A stretch of 61,761 nt of DNA, the filler included, from Globobulimina sp. (lineage: Eukaryota): the NCBI GenBank assembly GCA_003354225.1. It is 23 parts of 23 records of this genome, joined end to end, with 100 filler letters (N's around TTAATTAATTAA, not from the genome) between each part and the next. Parts side by side here need not be neighbours in the genome. Positions count along the whole stretch, not along the records: positions 34,992 to 37,580 come from PIVH01005843.1; positions 37,681 to 40,269 come from PIVH01005844.1; positions 40,370 to 42,956 come from PIVH01005845.1; positions 43,057 to 45,643 come from PIVH01005846.1; positions 45,744 to 48,330 come from PIVH01005847.1; 18 more parts are not named here. The stretch is one strand, 5' to 3'. The translations under genes were made by a program, and so were the position numbers. The notes beneath the pieces were generated by a model. It saw only the letters and a program-made list of their open reading frames with translations. It did not search any database and was not told the origin of the DNA. Positions 35,465-47,314 of the stretch are shown one piece after another. How positions within the stretch are numbered: position 1 is the stretch's first letter; the number at the start of each line of letters is the position of its first letter.

Positions 35465-37580
35465 ATGAATTGGTCCGATACTGTCTTTCGTGAACATCCC
35501 AAATATTATGGCGATGTGGACTTCTCCAATGAATCCGTCATCATTGGCGACAACGGCCTCGTATCCAGCAAAAAATACTTATTCTTCCGCACTTCGCCCA
35601 CCGACATCGGTATATTATCCACGGATTTTGCCACCAACATTTCAGAGCGATTAGCCTCTGGCAGGAAAGCAGAATATGGCTCCAAAGTATATAGCACCAC
35701 CTCCTTCAACTCAATCAACATCGAAAACACTGTCAACGTCTTACACGCCTCGCCATACAACGACAACTTTTTATTTTGCGGCGATAGCAGTGGTACACTC
35801 TCACTCTTTGACATCAACGACAATCAAAAATGCCTCCTAACTATGAATGATTTCTCCCCTTCCATCAACAGCATGGCGTCGCATCCCTCCACAGGCGACA
35901 TATTAGCCATTGGCGGCCATGGCAATATATCCCTCATTGACTTGCAGCAAAACAAAGCATTGAGCACTGCACAAATCATGGACGGCGAGGCTGACATCGT
36001 CAATATGGGCTATTCCTTAACTGGCAATTACTTGCAATGCATCACCGCCAACCAATACTTATTCATCTATGACCCCCGCAGTGCTGCAGACATTGACAAC
36101 CTCATCAAATTACGCTATGCGGCCACCGATGTTGTGTCTGTCACCGATGCGCAAATTGCTGTGTGTGGCTTGACCAGTTATTTGGAGCCGGTCTTGTATG
36201 CTTATGATGTGCGCAATGCTTTGACTGCCGACTCGATCGAAGCTAATTATATATTTAAACAAAATTATCAGCACAAACAGTGTAAACCGATGATGAAATA
36301 TGATATCATAACGAAATTATTATATGTGTCGTTCGCGAGTTGTGCGGATGTGTTGGTATTGAATTCGAGCCGCAATTTCCGCAAAGAAGCCCTGTATCAC
36401 TCGGTGGCGGACACCTTTATGGCCTTTGACATTTTGCCCAAACACGCGTGTAAGAAGAGGGAGGTCAACAAAATCATCAAATTCGGCAAAGACCGCATTC
36501 AGTTGATTGTGCATACCCGTGGCGGCAAATTGATATACGACAAATTGGCCAATACTGCCAAGAGCTCCATGTTGAGCGCGGAGCAGTACTTCACAGGGAA
36601 TGCTAATGTCGGTTATGAGTATAAAAGTAAATGCGTAGCGCATGATTTTGAAGAAGAAAAGAAAAGATCGGTATCGTTGTACTTACACATCACAGCAAAG
36701 GAAGCGTTGTCTAATTTTGACAAATATTTTGATTTGAAACTCTCCAAAACTATAAATTGCAATTTAAGCCTAAATATTAAAGTGAATGCGAAATATGCCT
36801 TATTCCCTTCGCCTACGTACGGTGGTGGCGCATTAGGTATTTTTTGTTTGTTTTTGTCTGGCAAACACTAAAAAAATACACCATTTTAGGCATCATATCG
36901 TTGGCCAAAGCTGGCAGGAAAAAGCAAGGTCAGTTAAGTGCGCATGCTGAGAAAATCACGACCTTTGACCTTGGCCGCAATGCGTACAATGAACATTTAG
37001 TCATAACGGGAGCTGGTGACTGCAAAGCGATTATACATGAAATATCCGCGGAGAATCTGAACGTGACACAGAAACTGCACACTTTGCAGTGCTTTGGCAA
37101 GGTGACATTTGTAGGTTTTCATCCCCGTATACGCGACGTCTGTGTGATTGCGGCGAATAAAGAACATGGAAACGACGAAGCCAACGTACATTTCTATAAT
37201 TATAACACAGGGAAAGTGATCCTGGATATTAAATTGGCAAACACTAAGAATGTCTGCGACATTCAGTTTGAGCGCGTCATTGGTTTACTTGCCGCCGTAT
37301 CTTCGTCGGGCGGCAATATTAAATTAATGAATATCCAAAGTGGTGAGATATTGCAACAATTTAAATGTAACACATTCATGCGGGATACCAAATTGTTTTG
37401 GGCCTCGGATCAGGGCGGAAATGACGCAAAATGGTATAATAAGTTGATTTGTTTGGGCTTTGGTAAGGCGTCGGTGCGTAAGTTTAGTTTGTACGACGTG
37501 TCGCCGGTTGTGGACGCATTTTATAATAATTATAATGTCGTTGTCAATGAGGCGAAGGAGGATGATTTTGATGGTGGCGG
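35465..37580 (+). CDS. Tandem coronin (coronin-7-like WD40 protein), 3' truncated
   Basis: Two WD40 propellers with HPS/HPR repeats, DILPK..C...EV, GGGALG, H..KITTFD. Intron 36837-36889. Confidence 0.75.
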
Positions 37581-38302
37581 NNNNNNNNNNNNNNNNNNNN
37601 NNNNNNNNNNNNNNNNNNNNNNNNTTAATTAATTAANNNNNNNNNNNNNNNNNNNNNNNNNNNNNNNNNNNNNNNNNNNNAATATCTGCTATTATTAACC
37701 CAGAATGAACAAATGTTGTGTATTTTGGATCAACTCGCATCAATGGTACTTTTACTGACATGACAGAAATAATAATCATGAAACCAATCAATAATGTTGG
37801 TTCTATCATTATTGTGATCTTTTACGAATGATGAACAAATGGTACGTGCGTGTGATTTACCGTAATAATTCGGAAAATTGATATTCGAATTCTGCGAATT
37901 GCCGCTAATTCTAAAGTAAAATCAGCAGCTGCATTTTTAAAAAATCTCTCAGCAAAAACTTCTGTTAGACAAGGTATGTTAGTAAATCATTTACAAGTTT
38001 ACAATATCAATCATTTTCTTCTTTTTGTTGAAGAATAAATTAATAAATGATGCATCATCAATTTGTTTTTTAAATGGCAATTGATTGAACTTTTATCTGT
38101 TGCATTATAATTATTCTACATGTGGCAAGCTCCATAAACTCAATACACCAATCTTGATTTTTTGTTGTATACCGAGCATGAAGAAAGAGCTGCAAAATAT
38201 GGATCTCTTCTGGAAGCAAATAACATACCTGCAAACAATGTTATTTATACATATTATTACGACATGACTGATGGCCACACAATCGAACATGTATAAATAA
38301 GT

Positions 38303-38448
38303 AAAATGTGCGACACCACCTAAAATGAAAAAGTGCGACCCACAAAAATTGAAAAAGTGCGACAATGCATAAGTGAAAAAGTGCGACGACGCAATATAAA
38401 TTGAAAACACTCTGAAAAACACTCTGCAAACACTCTGAAAAACACTGT
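38303..38448 (+). repeat. Two adjacent short arrays: TGAAAAAGTGCGAC at 24-bp period, then AAACACTCTG
   Basis: Perfect units at 38326, 38350 and 38374 plus a degenerate one ending at 38314, followed by about 4 AAACACTCTG units. Confidence 0.88.
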
Positions 38449-38525
38449 CTTCTAAATATGTGTATATCATAATATCATCTGTATTTCTACAGTGTACACA
38501 AACATGTTTTAGTCAGTTTGACACT

Positions 38526-40079
38526 TTACACTGAATTACCTTTCAGACTATCCATTATTTGATTTGTATCACAATGCGTCAAATGAACTCTTGCAATATT
38601 TATATTTTTATCCGTTTCTACAAATCTATCGCATGCTGCCATTAATAAATAGTACATTTCATCAATCATACAATCAAAATATTCAAACAAATCAATTGCT
38701 TCCATACTATCTATTTTATTTTCAATGAATGTATTAATATCACATTCCATTTCCTTTATAAAAATACCTCTAATCTCCCCAGATACATTTACTTCTAATT
38801 CTGCTCCAACTTTAATGTATTTATTGTATAACTTATGCGCAATTCGAAAATAAGGAATTAAATCGGCACCTTCCATTTTTAATTCTTTTCCTTGCTCAGA
38901 TCTGTACACAATTGCTGATTTGGGACATATTGCACATATCTGACATTTATTAAAGTCATAATATAATTTAGTTGTGCTATATTCTCCATATTCGTATTCT
39001 TCCTTCACCATAGCTGTCATGCCATAATTTAATTGAAATTTGGAGTTTATCACATTTTTAAACTGTACCATTTCAATAAAAGATAAGATAATTTCTAGCG
39101 AAAAGACGCGCGCTAAATATTGTATAAAGAATTCAAAATCATCCTCATCCAGCAATATGCGTTCAAGTTCGACACATTTTGTTGATGTTTCCGGTTGCTG
39201 CGTCATAGTGTATTCTTGATTATATTTCTTGTCTAATTTGCGCAAAATGAACCATGTTGAATTGAGTCCCATCATCGCATACACAATGAAACCGAAATTG
39301 AGTGTAATAATGACTGCAACTAAGGACATATCGCAATTTTTGGAATTCCTCACTGGAGTGATCCCTGCAAATAATACCACTGCAGATAACAAAATAACAA
39401 CTAATGATTTCAATTCATATCGGAAATAAAATATATCCAAAATATAAGGTGATTTACAGAATAAAATGCAAGATATAATGACAAATATAAGATGTAAAAA
39501 TGAAGTAATATAATATGTCACTGTTTGTGTTTGTGGATAATTGAAATATATTTGTGTATAAATAATAGGAATCATTGAAAATATTACAGCACAAATAAGT
39601 GACGTTTTCATTGCATATGACGACGAACCAAATTTTGTTCGATATTTTAACCAAAAATCTTTTTGAATTAATGTTGGATCTAAATACGATTTCCATTGTT
39701 TATTCACATTTGAATTTGAATAATTTAAATCATAGACCATTAGAAAAAATCTGCAAATAAATATCCATTGAATTGAATAGGCGAAGATATTGGCCAATAT
39801 GTTGGAAGTTCGCCCGATAAAGTTATGCATGCTTGGATGGGTGCGTTTTAATGGGGATATTTGTGCAATACATTGTAAACTTGGTATAATAATCAATAAA
39901 ATAATGATCAATACATTGCTGATATATATCAGGTTTGGATATCGTTTCCGAACCCAAAATTCATCTCTTCGTTGATTGAATTGTCGTAACTGATAGGACA
40001 GTAACGGAGGAAATAGTAACAGCAAGCAAATAATGTTTGTGATCGTTATTGTCCATAAAAACCGATTGGAAAATGTCAT
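38526..40079 (-). CDS. 7TM-RGS protein
   Basis: 7 TM helices, KRYP, then RGS motifs FIQYLARVFSLEIILSFIEMVQFK and LYNKYI...ELEVNVS. Confidence 0.9.
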   Translation of the reverse strand: MTFSNRFLWTITITNIICLLLLFPPLLSYQLRQFNQRRDEFWVRKRYPNLIYISNVLIIILLIIIPSLQCIAQISPLKRTHPSMHNFIGRTSNILANIFAYSIQWIFICRFFLMVYDLNYSNSNVNKQWKSYLDPTLIQKDFWLKYRTKFGSSSYAMKTSLICAVIFSMIPIIYTQIYFNYPQTQTVTYYITSFLHLIFVIISCILFCKSPYILDIFYFRYELKSLVVILLSAVVLFAGITPVRNSKNCDMSLVAVIITLNFGFIVYAMMGLNSTWFILRKLDKKYNQEYTMTQQPETSTKCVELERILLDEDDFEFFIQYLARVFSLEIILSFIEMVQFKNVINSKFQLNYGMTAMVKEEYEYGEYSTTKLYYDFNKCQICAICPKSAIVYRSEQGKELKMEGADLIPYFRIAHKLYNKYIKVGAELEVNVSGEIRGIFIKEMECDINTFIENKIDSMEAIDLFEYFDCMIDEMYYLLMAACDRFVETDKNINIARVHLTHCDTNQIMDSLKGNSV

Positions 40080-40452
40080 TATTGAACACTTCCTAAGGGG
40101 TCCCAAACTCGAGTTAGTAGCTTGAGGACTGGAAGAATTCCAGATACACATAAAAACAGAAACACTCGTTTTGATGACAAAATCCAATCAGCACACAAGT
40201 CCGATTGCTGGTTGACAGTCAATGACAGATTGCTGAAACATCCCTGTGAGATTATTGTATACATTTTCCNNNNNNNNNNNNNNNNNNNNNNNNNNNNNNN
40301 NNNNNNNNNNNNNTTAATTAATTAANNNNNNNNNNNNNNNNNNNNNNNNNNNNNNNNNNNNNNNNNNNNATTCAAAGAGTTTACAGTAAAAACAGTAATT
40401 TCAAACTGAAAAGCAAAAAGTTAAATGTTACCTTTAACATTTTATTATTAAC

Positions 40453-41859
40453 CTATTTTCCTTCCAGTGGTTTTAATTTTCCTTCCAAAATTCCGATCGG
40501 CAATGATAAAACACATGGAATGAAAAAACAAACTGCAGCGACGTAAAACATCGAATTGGAACTTGCCCCAGTCCAAAATAAACCCACCATCCAAGTACTC
40601 AATGCATTCAATAAACATTGCACAAACCCTTTTACTGCAAATATCTTTCCAGAATGCTCTTTTGGCATTACCTCCAATTGTACCATCTCTGTCAACATTG
40701 TGTCAAATCCACCAAACAATCCGGCGAAAGGCATTGCTATCCAAAAAAAAATGAGATGATTCGTGGGAATAAAAATCCCTGTGCACAATAGAGAAATCAC
40801 TGCAGATATAAATGTGCTGATGGTAACAGCCCAAATATGTTTAGGTAACACTGTTGGTATTAATTTAGGTGTGAGAATATTGCCCACAGCAAATGAAATC
40901 ACTGCTGCTGTCATAATGAATGACGTATACAAGACTGAAACATCGTTAAAATGTGTGGTCAGAAATACCGCAAAAAATTGTCCCAAAATTGCTTCGAAAC
41001 AGAAGCAAAGGCAGTTTGAAATGATGGCTGATACTAATATAACCAATGTACTCTTTTTTGTATTTGCGATGAATGAATGCCAACCTTTGTCATCAGCATT
41101 GTTTGAAATTTTCTCCATTTGTATACCGACAGGAAATCTTTCCGATTCATTACGTTCCACTGACAATGCAAGTGATGAATATCTTCGTTGTCTGCGCTCT
41201 AATTTTGTTTGCGATCCACGAAAGAATATAATCATTACTGAAACAATTACAAATTGAATGATTGCGCCCATATAAAATACTGATTTGTAATTGAAATATT
41301 CCACCAATACACCCGCCACTATTGGACCAAACAAATAAATAATCCCAGTGACTGTCATTAATCTCGAGATATAAGTGACTGTATATTTATGAGGCAATGC
41401 ACACGCTATATAAGATTTCAATGACAGAGCTGTATCTCCCATTCCCAAAATGTACCATCCAACGGAAAACAGTAACAAATTGTTTGACATTGGTAAATCA
41501 ATGATTATGTATCCAATTAAATTTATTAACCAAACTATAATCATAATTGTATCGTGCTTGAGCCTGTCACCCATTTGAGCAAGAAATAATTGTGTGAAAG
41601 CATGAAATATAGTGGCGCCAAATAATATCGAGCCAATTTGTGCAATGCTTGTGGTTGGAGATAACTCTTGCATGTATTTGACGACAATGTACTTATTTGA
41701 AGAGCTTAAAAATGCACCTAAAGCTACCATGCAAGAGAGAATCGAGATTGGCTGAATAGATTCTTTCAGTGTTTGTTGGTATTGTTTCTCTTCTTCTGAC
41801 TCACGTTCCTCTTCATTGAGTAACGCAGTGTTACTATTCGATTCTTGTAATAAACTCAT
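40453..41859 (-). CDS. MFS transporter
   Basis: About 12 TM helices, motif A-like AQMGDRLKH, GPIVAG, P.EHSGK. Confidence 0.9.
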   Translation of the reverse strand: MSLLQESNSNTALLNEEERESEEEKQYQQTLKESIQPISILSCMVALGAFLSSSNKYIVVKYMQELSPTTSIAQIGSILFGATIFHAFTQLFLAQMGDRLKHDTIMIIVWLINLIGYIIIDLPMSNNLLLFSVGWYILGMGDTALSLKSYIACALPHKYTVTYISRLMTVTGIIYLFGPIVAGVLVEYFNYKSVFYMGAIIQFVIVSVMIIFFRGSQTKLERRQRRYSSLALSVERNESERFPVGIQMEKISNNADDKGWHSFIANTKKSTLVILVSAIISNCLCFCFEAILGQFFAVFLTTHFNDVSVLYTSFIMTAAVISFAVGNILTPKLIPTVLPKHIWAVTISTFISAVISLLCTGIFIPTNHLIFFWIAMPFAGLFGGFDTMLTEMVQLEVMPKEHSGKIFAVKGFVQCLLNALSTWMVGLFWTGASSNSMFYVAAVCFFIPCVLSLPIGILEGKLKPLEGK

Positions 41860-43124
41860 CAGTGATGATTCGTAGAATACTCTGATATTTTTGTGGTGAT
41901 TATTTCATAATTTATCCAAAAATAGGAGACGATGCGACAATTCACATCCAGCTGTAATAAAGTAGAAGATTTGAATATATTTAACAGACTCCTCCTTTGA
42001 ACATTACAGTAAAGATATCTAGTATCTACAGCAAGAATGGTTATTTGTTGCGTAGCTCATAGGCTGGAAACATAAGTTTAGATGGAATCTGGTACTTCGG
42101 AGAACATGACTAAGTATGAGTTGACTCGACTTCACATCGACTTGAAAGTTGACGAACCTGTATCGGAGTTTTCGACTGAGCTTTTACTAGAAACAACAAA
42201 TATTCATCGATCTACCAATAAATCAGGTGCAAACGATGTATAGACAAATAGGTGGTGTTATATTCTTCTACAATGCAGATATATGCAATCATATCTAATC
42301 TTGGTGACGTCCTTCGAAAGTCAGATACCAAGATAATCTAAAATTATAAATCATATAACAAAAAAAGAAAAATACTGATGTCTGCATTAAACATTTCTAT
42401 GGATAAAAAACACAAACAAAACAAAACAAAACAAAACCAAAACATATTTAAAAATATTTAAAATATTTAAATCGACAGAATTCCGCAAAATAAACCTATG
42501 AATACAGCTTGATAATTTTCCTACAATTGAGAATAATCATAACTCGACGGAATTAGGAAGATGAACATATGATCGATGCTTGATAATTTTTCTAAAATGG
42601 ATAAACTCCATAAATTATACAATGTATTATATATAAATAATATTTACACACGCTGCAAAATATAACAATAATAATTCAGTACAAAATTCAATATAAATTT
42701 GCTATTTGTAATGCTTTCTGTTGAATGTAATCGAATAAATGATGACAATGTCGACCGATGGGGAGAACCCATGACCAGACACGAATTCTAAAAAATAAAC
42801 TGGTACAGATCGCACGAGATATCCAAATCGGTTGGTCCTAATTCTACACGTTCTATCCATAAAGGACTAAGATTATTAATAAGATAAAATAAATTATTTA
42901 CTAACGAGATTATACTGTGAATTAGTTGAATCTCTAAAGGATTTAAAATCACGGAGNNNNNNNNNNNNNNNNNNNNNNNNNNNNNNNNNNNNNNNNNNNN
43001 TTAATTAATTAANNNNNNNNNNNNNNNNNNNNNNNNNNNNNNNNNNNNNNNNNNNNTTGCCTGCTTATTTTTTGCAAAAGATAACAGCCATTCAATTTTG
43101 AAGTTTTTGAGTTAGTACTTACTT

Positions 43125-43757
43125 TCAGTTTTTTATTTTTATCTTTGCACTCGCATTTGCAGAACGTTTTCCCCAAGGGTTACAGGGTCTTGACCCCACT
43201 AGGTTTAAATGTTTCTTTTTAATATTGTTTACATTTTGTTGAAGTTCTTCTTTTAATTCTAAAGCATTTTCTATGTCTTCTTCTTTTATTGCTTGGATGA
43301 TTTGGTTATCATTATTTTCAACAATATTCGTATTTTCATCATTTTGTGGAGGTTCTATTGATTCTTGTCCTATTATTTGACAATAATTATCATTCATATT
43401 ATGTTCATTTGCAATTTTATGCATTTCTTGATAAAATACATGACTTTTTTGATTTTTCTCATCAAATAATTGTTTAACAACAGCAATATATGTTTCTTGT
43501 AAATCTTTAATTAATATTGTTTGTGCTCTAAGCAAGGAATTAAAATCATTCTCATATTCTTTTTTTATAATTTGATTATTATTTGTTTCAATCTTTATTT
43601 TCGAGTTAATTTGATTATGAAAATCTCGTTGCGTTCGTTGACAATTTGATACCATTTCTTTCAACTTATTTTCAATTAATACCAAACATTCTGAATCTAA
43701 ATGATCATTCACTGTCTGGATTTCTTTAATAGTGTGATTAATACAAGTCGTCAACAT
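43125..43757 (-). CDS. Hypothetical coiled-coil protein; 3' end possibly interrupted
   Basis: 210-aa ORF whose composition changes abruptly after KKH at about 43205. Confidence 0.5.
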   Translation of the reverse strand: MLTTCINHTIKEIQTVNDHLDSECLVLIENKLKEMVSNCQRTQRDFHNQINSKIKIETNNNQIIKKEYENDFNSLLRAQTILIKDLQETYIAVVKQLFDEKNQKSHVFYQEMHKIANEHNMNDNYCQIIGQESIEPPQNDENTNIVENNDNQIIQAIKEEDIENALELKEELQQNVNNIKKKHLNLVGSRPCNPWGKRSANASAKIKIKN

Positions 43758-43805
43758 TATGACTGTTGACAGTTTTTTGTTGTAAAAGTTTTTAAGATAT
43801 TTGAC

Positions 43806-45384
43806 ATGTATCGTTTAGAGAAAGTGTTAAAACAATTGCGACCTGCTCGCGCTGACATAGGTGGATCAAACGCAATTTTCACAGATTGGTCGGGCACATA
43901 TCATTGTACAGCGCCATCTGCGAATAATTATTGGAAACCAACAACACTCGACGAAATTAAAAAAATAATCTTAAAATATTCAAAATCTGGATCTGAACTA
44001 CGTATATCTGGCAGTGGATTATCATACAATGGTCTTGGATTATCGACTAATGCTATGATTACTTTATCGCATTATAACAAAATTATAGGGTTAGATGTGG
44101 CAAATAATACAGTTCGCGTGCAATCTGGTTGTAGATTGCATAAATTATTGAAATATTTAAATAAAAATAATTTAACATTGCAAAACTACCCCGTAATCTC
44201 ATCCGCATCGATTGGCGGCATAATGCAAACGGGATCGCATGGAACAGACATAAATATCGGACCATTTGACACAACAATCAAACAATTTAAAGTAATTACT
44301 TATAATGGAACAGAATTAATATTAAACCGAGAGGAAAATAATAAATTATTCAATTATATACGTGTTGGTTTGGGCTGTTTTGGCATTGTGACTGAAATCG
44401 ACATACAATGTATTCCTCGATATGCCTTATGTCAATATATTGATTTTATTGATTATCAAAAAAAGAATTCGAAAAATGAAATAAAAAAAATGATAGTTGA
44501 CGCAAATTATATTCATCCGAGAATATTATGGTTCCCTCATACAAATTGTAGTCAATGTGCGATAATTCGATATAAAAAAATAGAAATTAACGAGTATAAC
44601 AAATGTGTATTAATCGAAAGGAATAAAATTGAAGAAAAATGTCAAGAAACATTGAGAAAACTGTACTGTGCTTTAATGAGTATGGAATTAAATGTTTTCA
44701 ATGAAATGTATAGAAAAAGAAATTTGTCATTGATGCAATTGAAAGAATTAATATTAGGCTTTGATAATGCACAGTATATGTTTGATATGGATCATATTCG
44801 AAAATTAAATGTGGCAAATTTGAAATATTGGAAAAGAATGAAGAAATATTATGATAAGAAAGTATACGATTTAAGTGAGGATTGCTTGTTATATAAAGGT
44901 ATGACAAAGCACGTGCATTATGAATGTGTCTTTGATATGGAATATATTGTAAAACTCCCAATTGATTTGATGCATAATATTGAAAATCAGGAGGTGCCAT
45001 GTCCTGGAAGTTTGGAACAGAGATTTTGCAGAAATAGTGATGCCAAATTATCTCCGGTTTATTGTGGAAAGAATGAGAAATTATTTTCTTTTTTAGGAAC
45101 AAAATATTATATTCCTTCGTCCATTCAAATGAATGAAAGTCGCAAAAAATATGTTTATATCGGTTTATTTTAATTTGTTGAATAAAATAATAATAAAATA
45201 TGCTATTCCATGCACTATACATTGGGCAAAATTGCATGTCAATCGGGAGAATAAAAAATTAATTCGACAATTATTACTCAAAAAATATGCAAAAAATATG
45301 GATGAATTTTTACATTTGCGAAAGAAAATGGATCCACAAAATATTTTTATGAATAATGTAATCCGAAATATTTTTGACTTCTAA
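43806..45384 (+). CDS. GLDH: L-galactono-1,4-lactone dehydrogenase-like FAD oxidoreductase, frameshifted near 45145
   Basis: DWSGT, GSGLSYNG, VQSG, SIGG..QTG.HGT, GLG.FGIV, LEQRF. HWAKL and DP.NIF.N lie in the next frame. Confidence 0.82.
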
Positions 45385-45743
45385 AAACGATATCTTTTTT
45401 TTTTAATTTTCATAATTTGTGTGAGGAAACTCAATTGCAACACATTTGACTTTTTAGGCTTAAACTTCTAAACACTTCTTTTGTGATTGGCAAGGTTTTT
45501 GGGTTAGCTAGAGTGGTTTTCAACCGCCATACTGCCATTGATAGTTTTGTTTTTGTTTTCAGCAAATGCGTTATTTTTAAGTTTCATACTGATGCTGAAA
45601 TAGCTGAATGTGCGTTATATTTATGCAGCAGTCGCAAAAAAATNNNNNNNNNNNNNNNNNNNNNNNNNNNNNNNNNNNNNNNNNNNNTTAATTAATTAAN
45701 NNNNNNNNNNNNNNNNNNNNNNNNNNNNNNNNNNNNNNNNNNN

Positions 45744-47028
45744 GGAAGAAAATACCACCTGTTTACGATATATTATTTTACAGTTTTGTGTTCTTAACAT
45801 GACCGAACTTGTTTGCAGCAACATTGTTTCCCAATATTTAGGACAAGAAATGAAAAAATTGGGTTTTACAGCTTTAGCGTGTTTGGTAAACTATTTTGGT
45901 GTAATTGCTGTTGGTTTACTGCTTCGAGATGATGTAATTACCTCTTTTTATGGTGGAATGAGTCAATTGTTTTATACCTATTCATTCATACTATATCAAA
46001 CAACGTGGGTTTTATATAAAATAAAGAGAAGTAATATGCATATGGGCAGGACCTATAATCGAGAAAACAGTCATACTGTATACAGCAGTTCCAGGTCAGA
46101 ACCTGAATATACACAACAACAACATTCTCTGTTTAGAATGCGATCACATTCAACGCGGAGAGAGCGGGATAAAGCAGCAATGTTACCGGTCATATTAAGT
46201 AATAAACAGTCCTTCAACCTGTTTATGCAACATCTATCGGCTGAGCTTAGTATTTATAATTGCTATCACAGTGATTCTTGTATATATGACATTTATTTTT
46301 CATTTCAAATATGCAGATTTTCCATGGAATGTTTATTGGCATTCACTGAGTTTACGCAGTACAGAATGATGTTGGAAAAGGATGTTACTTTTATGAGACC
46401 GATCGATAAAACGGATATTAATATTAAAATAAAACAGGATTTAAAAACAGATCAACATAAAAACGAGTTGCATGTGCAGTTAAACGATGAAAAAACGGAG
46501 TGTGATGAGGATAAAAACGAAATAGAACTTGGGAAAGTATGGGATGACTCGGATCCATCGACACCAAAGACGGGAAGTGCAGCTAATCAGAGTTTCAACC
46601 CAATTGGTTTTGCGGCTGCCATTCCTGATAAAACTATTTTGCAATCGAAAAGTTTAAGGAGTAAACGGCATCCATATAAAACAGTGAAACTACCAAACAA
46701 GATTCCACAGTCATTTATTGTTTATCAGGACAGAGCAAAGCTTGATGGGAATGAAAAATATTTGCAAATAGCAACTGATTTGTTTCGTAAATACGTCAAA
46801 ATTGGATCAGAGTTTGAAATCAATGTAAGTTATGGAATGAGATATGGCGTGCAACATATAATTGAGAAAAGCGGTCCAAATGGAAATATAGAGAGTAATT
46901 TATATGAGTTGTTTGAAAGCAGCAGGAAGGAGTTGTATATATTGATGAGTCATGCTTGCCAACGATTTGTTGATACAGCTAAATATAAGTCAATTGAACA
47001 TGAGCTAATTACAAACAAATTTAATTAG
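45744..47028 (+). CDS. 7TM-RGS protein, C-terminal part
   Basis: Last TM helices, then FMQHLSAE|FSMECLLAFTEF and FRKYV...EFEINVS. Probable GC-AG intron 46245-46316. Confidence 0.88.
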
Positions 47029-47314
47029 GTTTCATGTTATCTGTACATAATAACGTTTTTGGTATTTATTTTATTTCATCTTGCTGTCGTCGCTAACATT
47101 CAGCCGGTCATAGTCCGACTCCATGCTCACCGATTGCTTAAACATCCCGGTGACGTATATGAATTTTCATATTATAGACAATATCTTTTAAATTATATAT
47201 ATTTAAACGCAATTTTAAATTATATTAACGAAACAATATCAAACAATATCGAAACACGTAATTATTAAACAAAAGAAGCAAGCAATCGATCAGAACATCA
47301 TTTTGTTCATTTTG

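Noticed and set aside
38303-38400. Mini CRISPR array
   Set aside because: Repeat (14 bp) and spacers (10 bp) are far too short, the context is eukaryotic, and there are no cas genes.
41900-42956. Possible ncRNA or retroelement in a long ORF-free stretch
   Set aside because: Only simple repeats and stop-riddled coding-like remnants; no recognisable RT motif or RNA fold.
43190-43210. piggyBac insertion at TTAA
   Set aside because: No matching second terminus or transposase is visible, and the end does not fit the usual CCY start.
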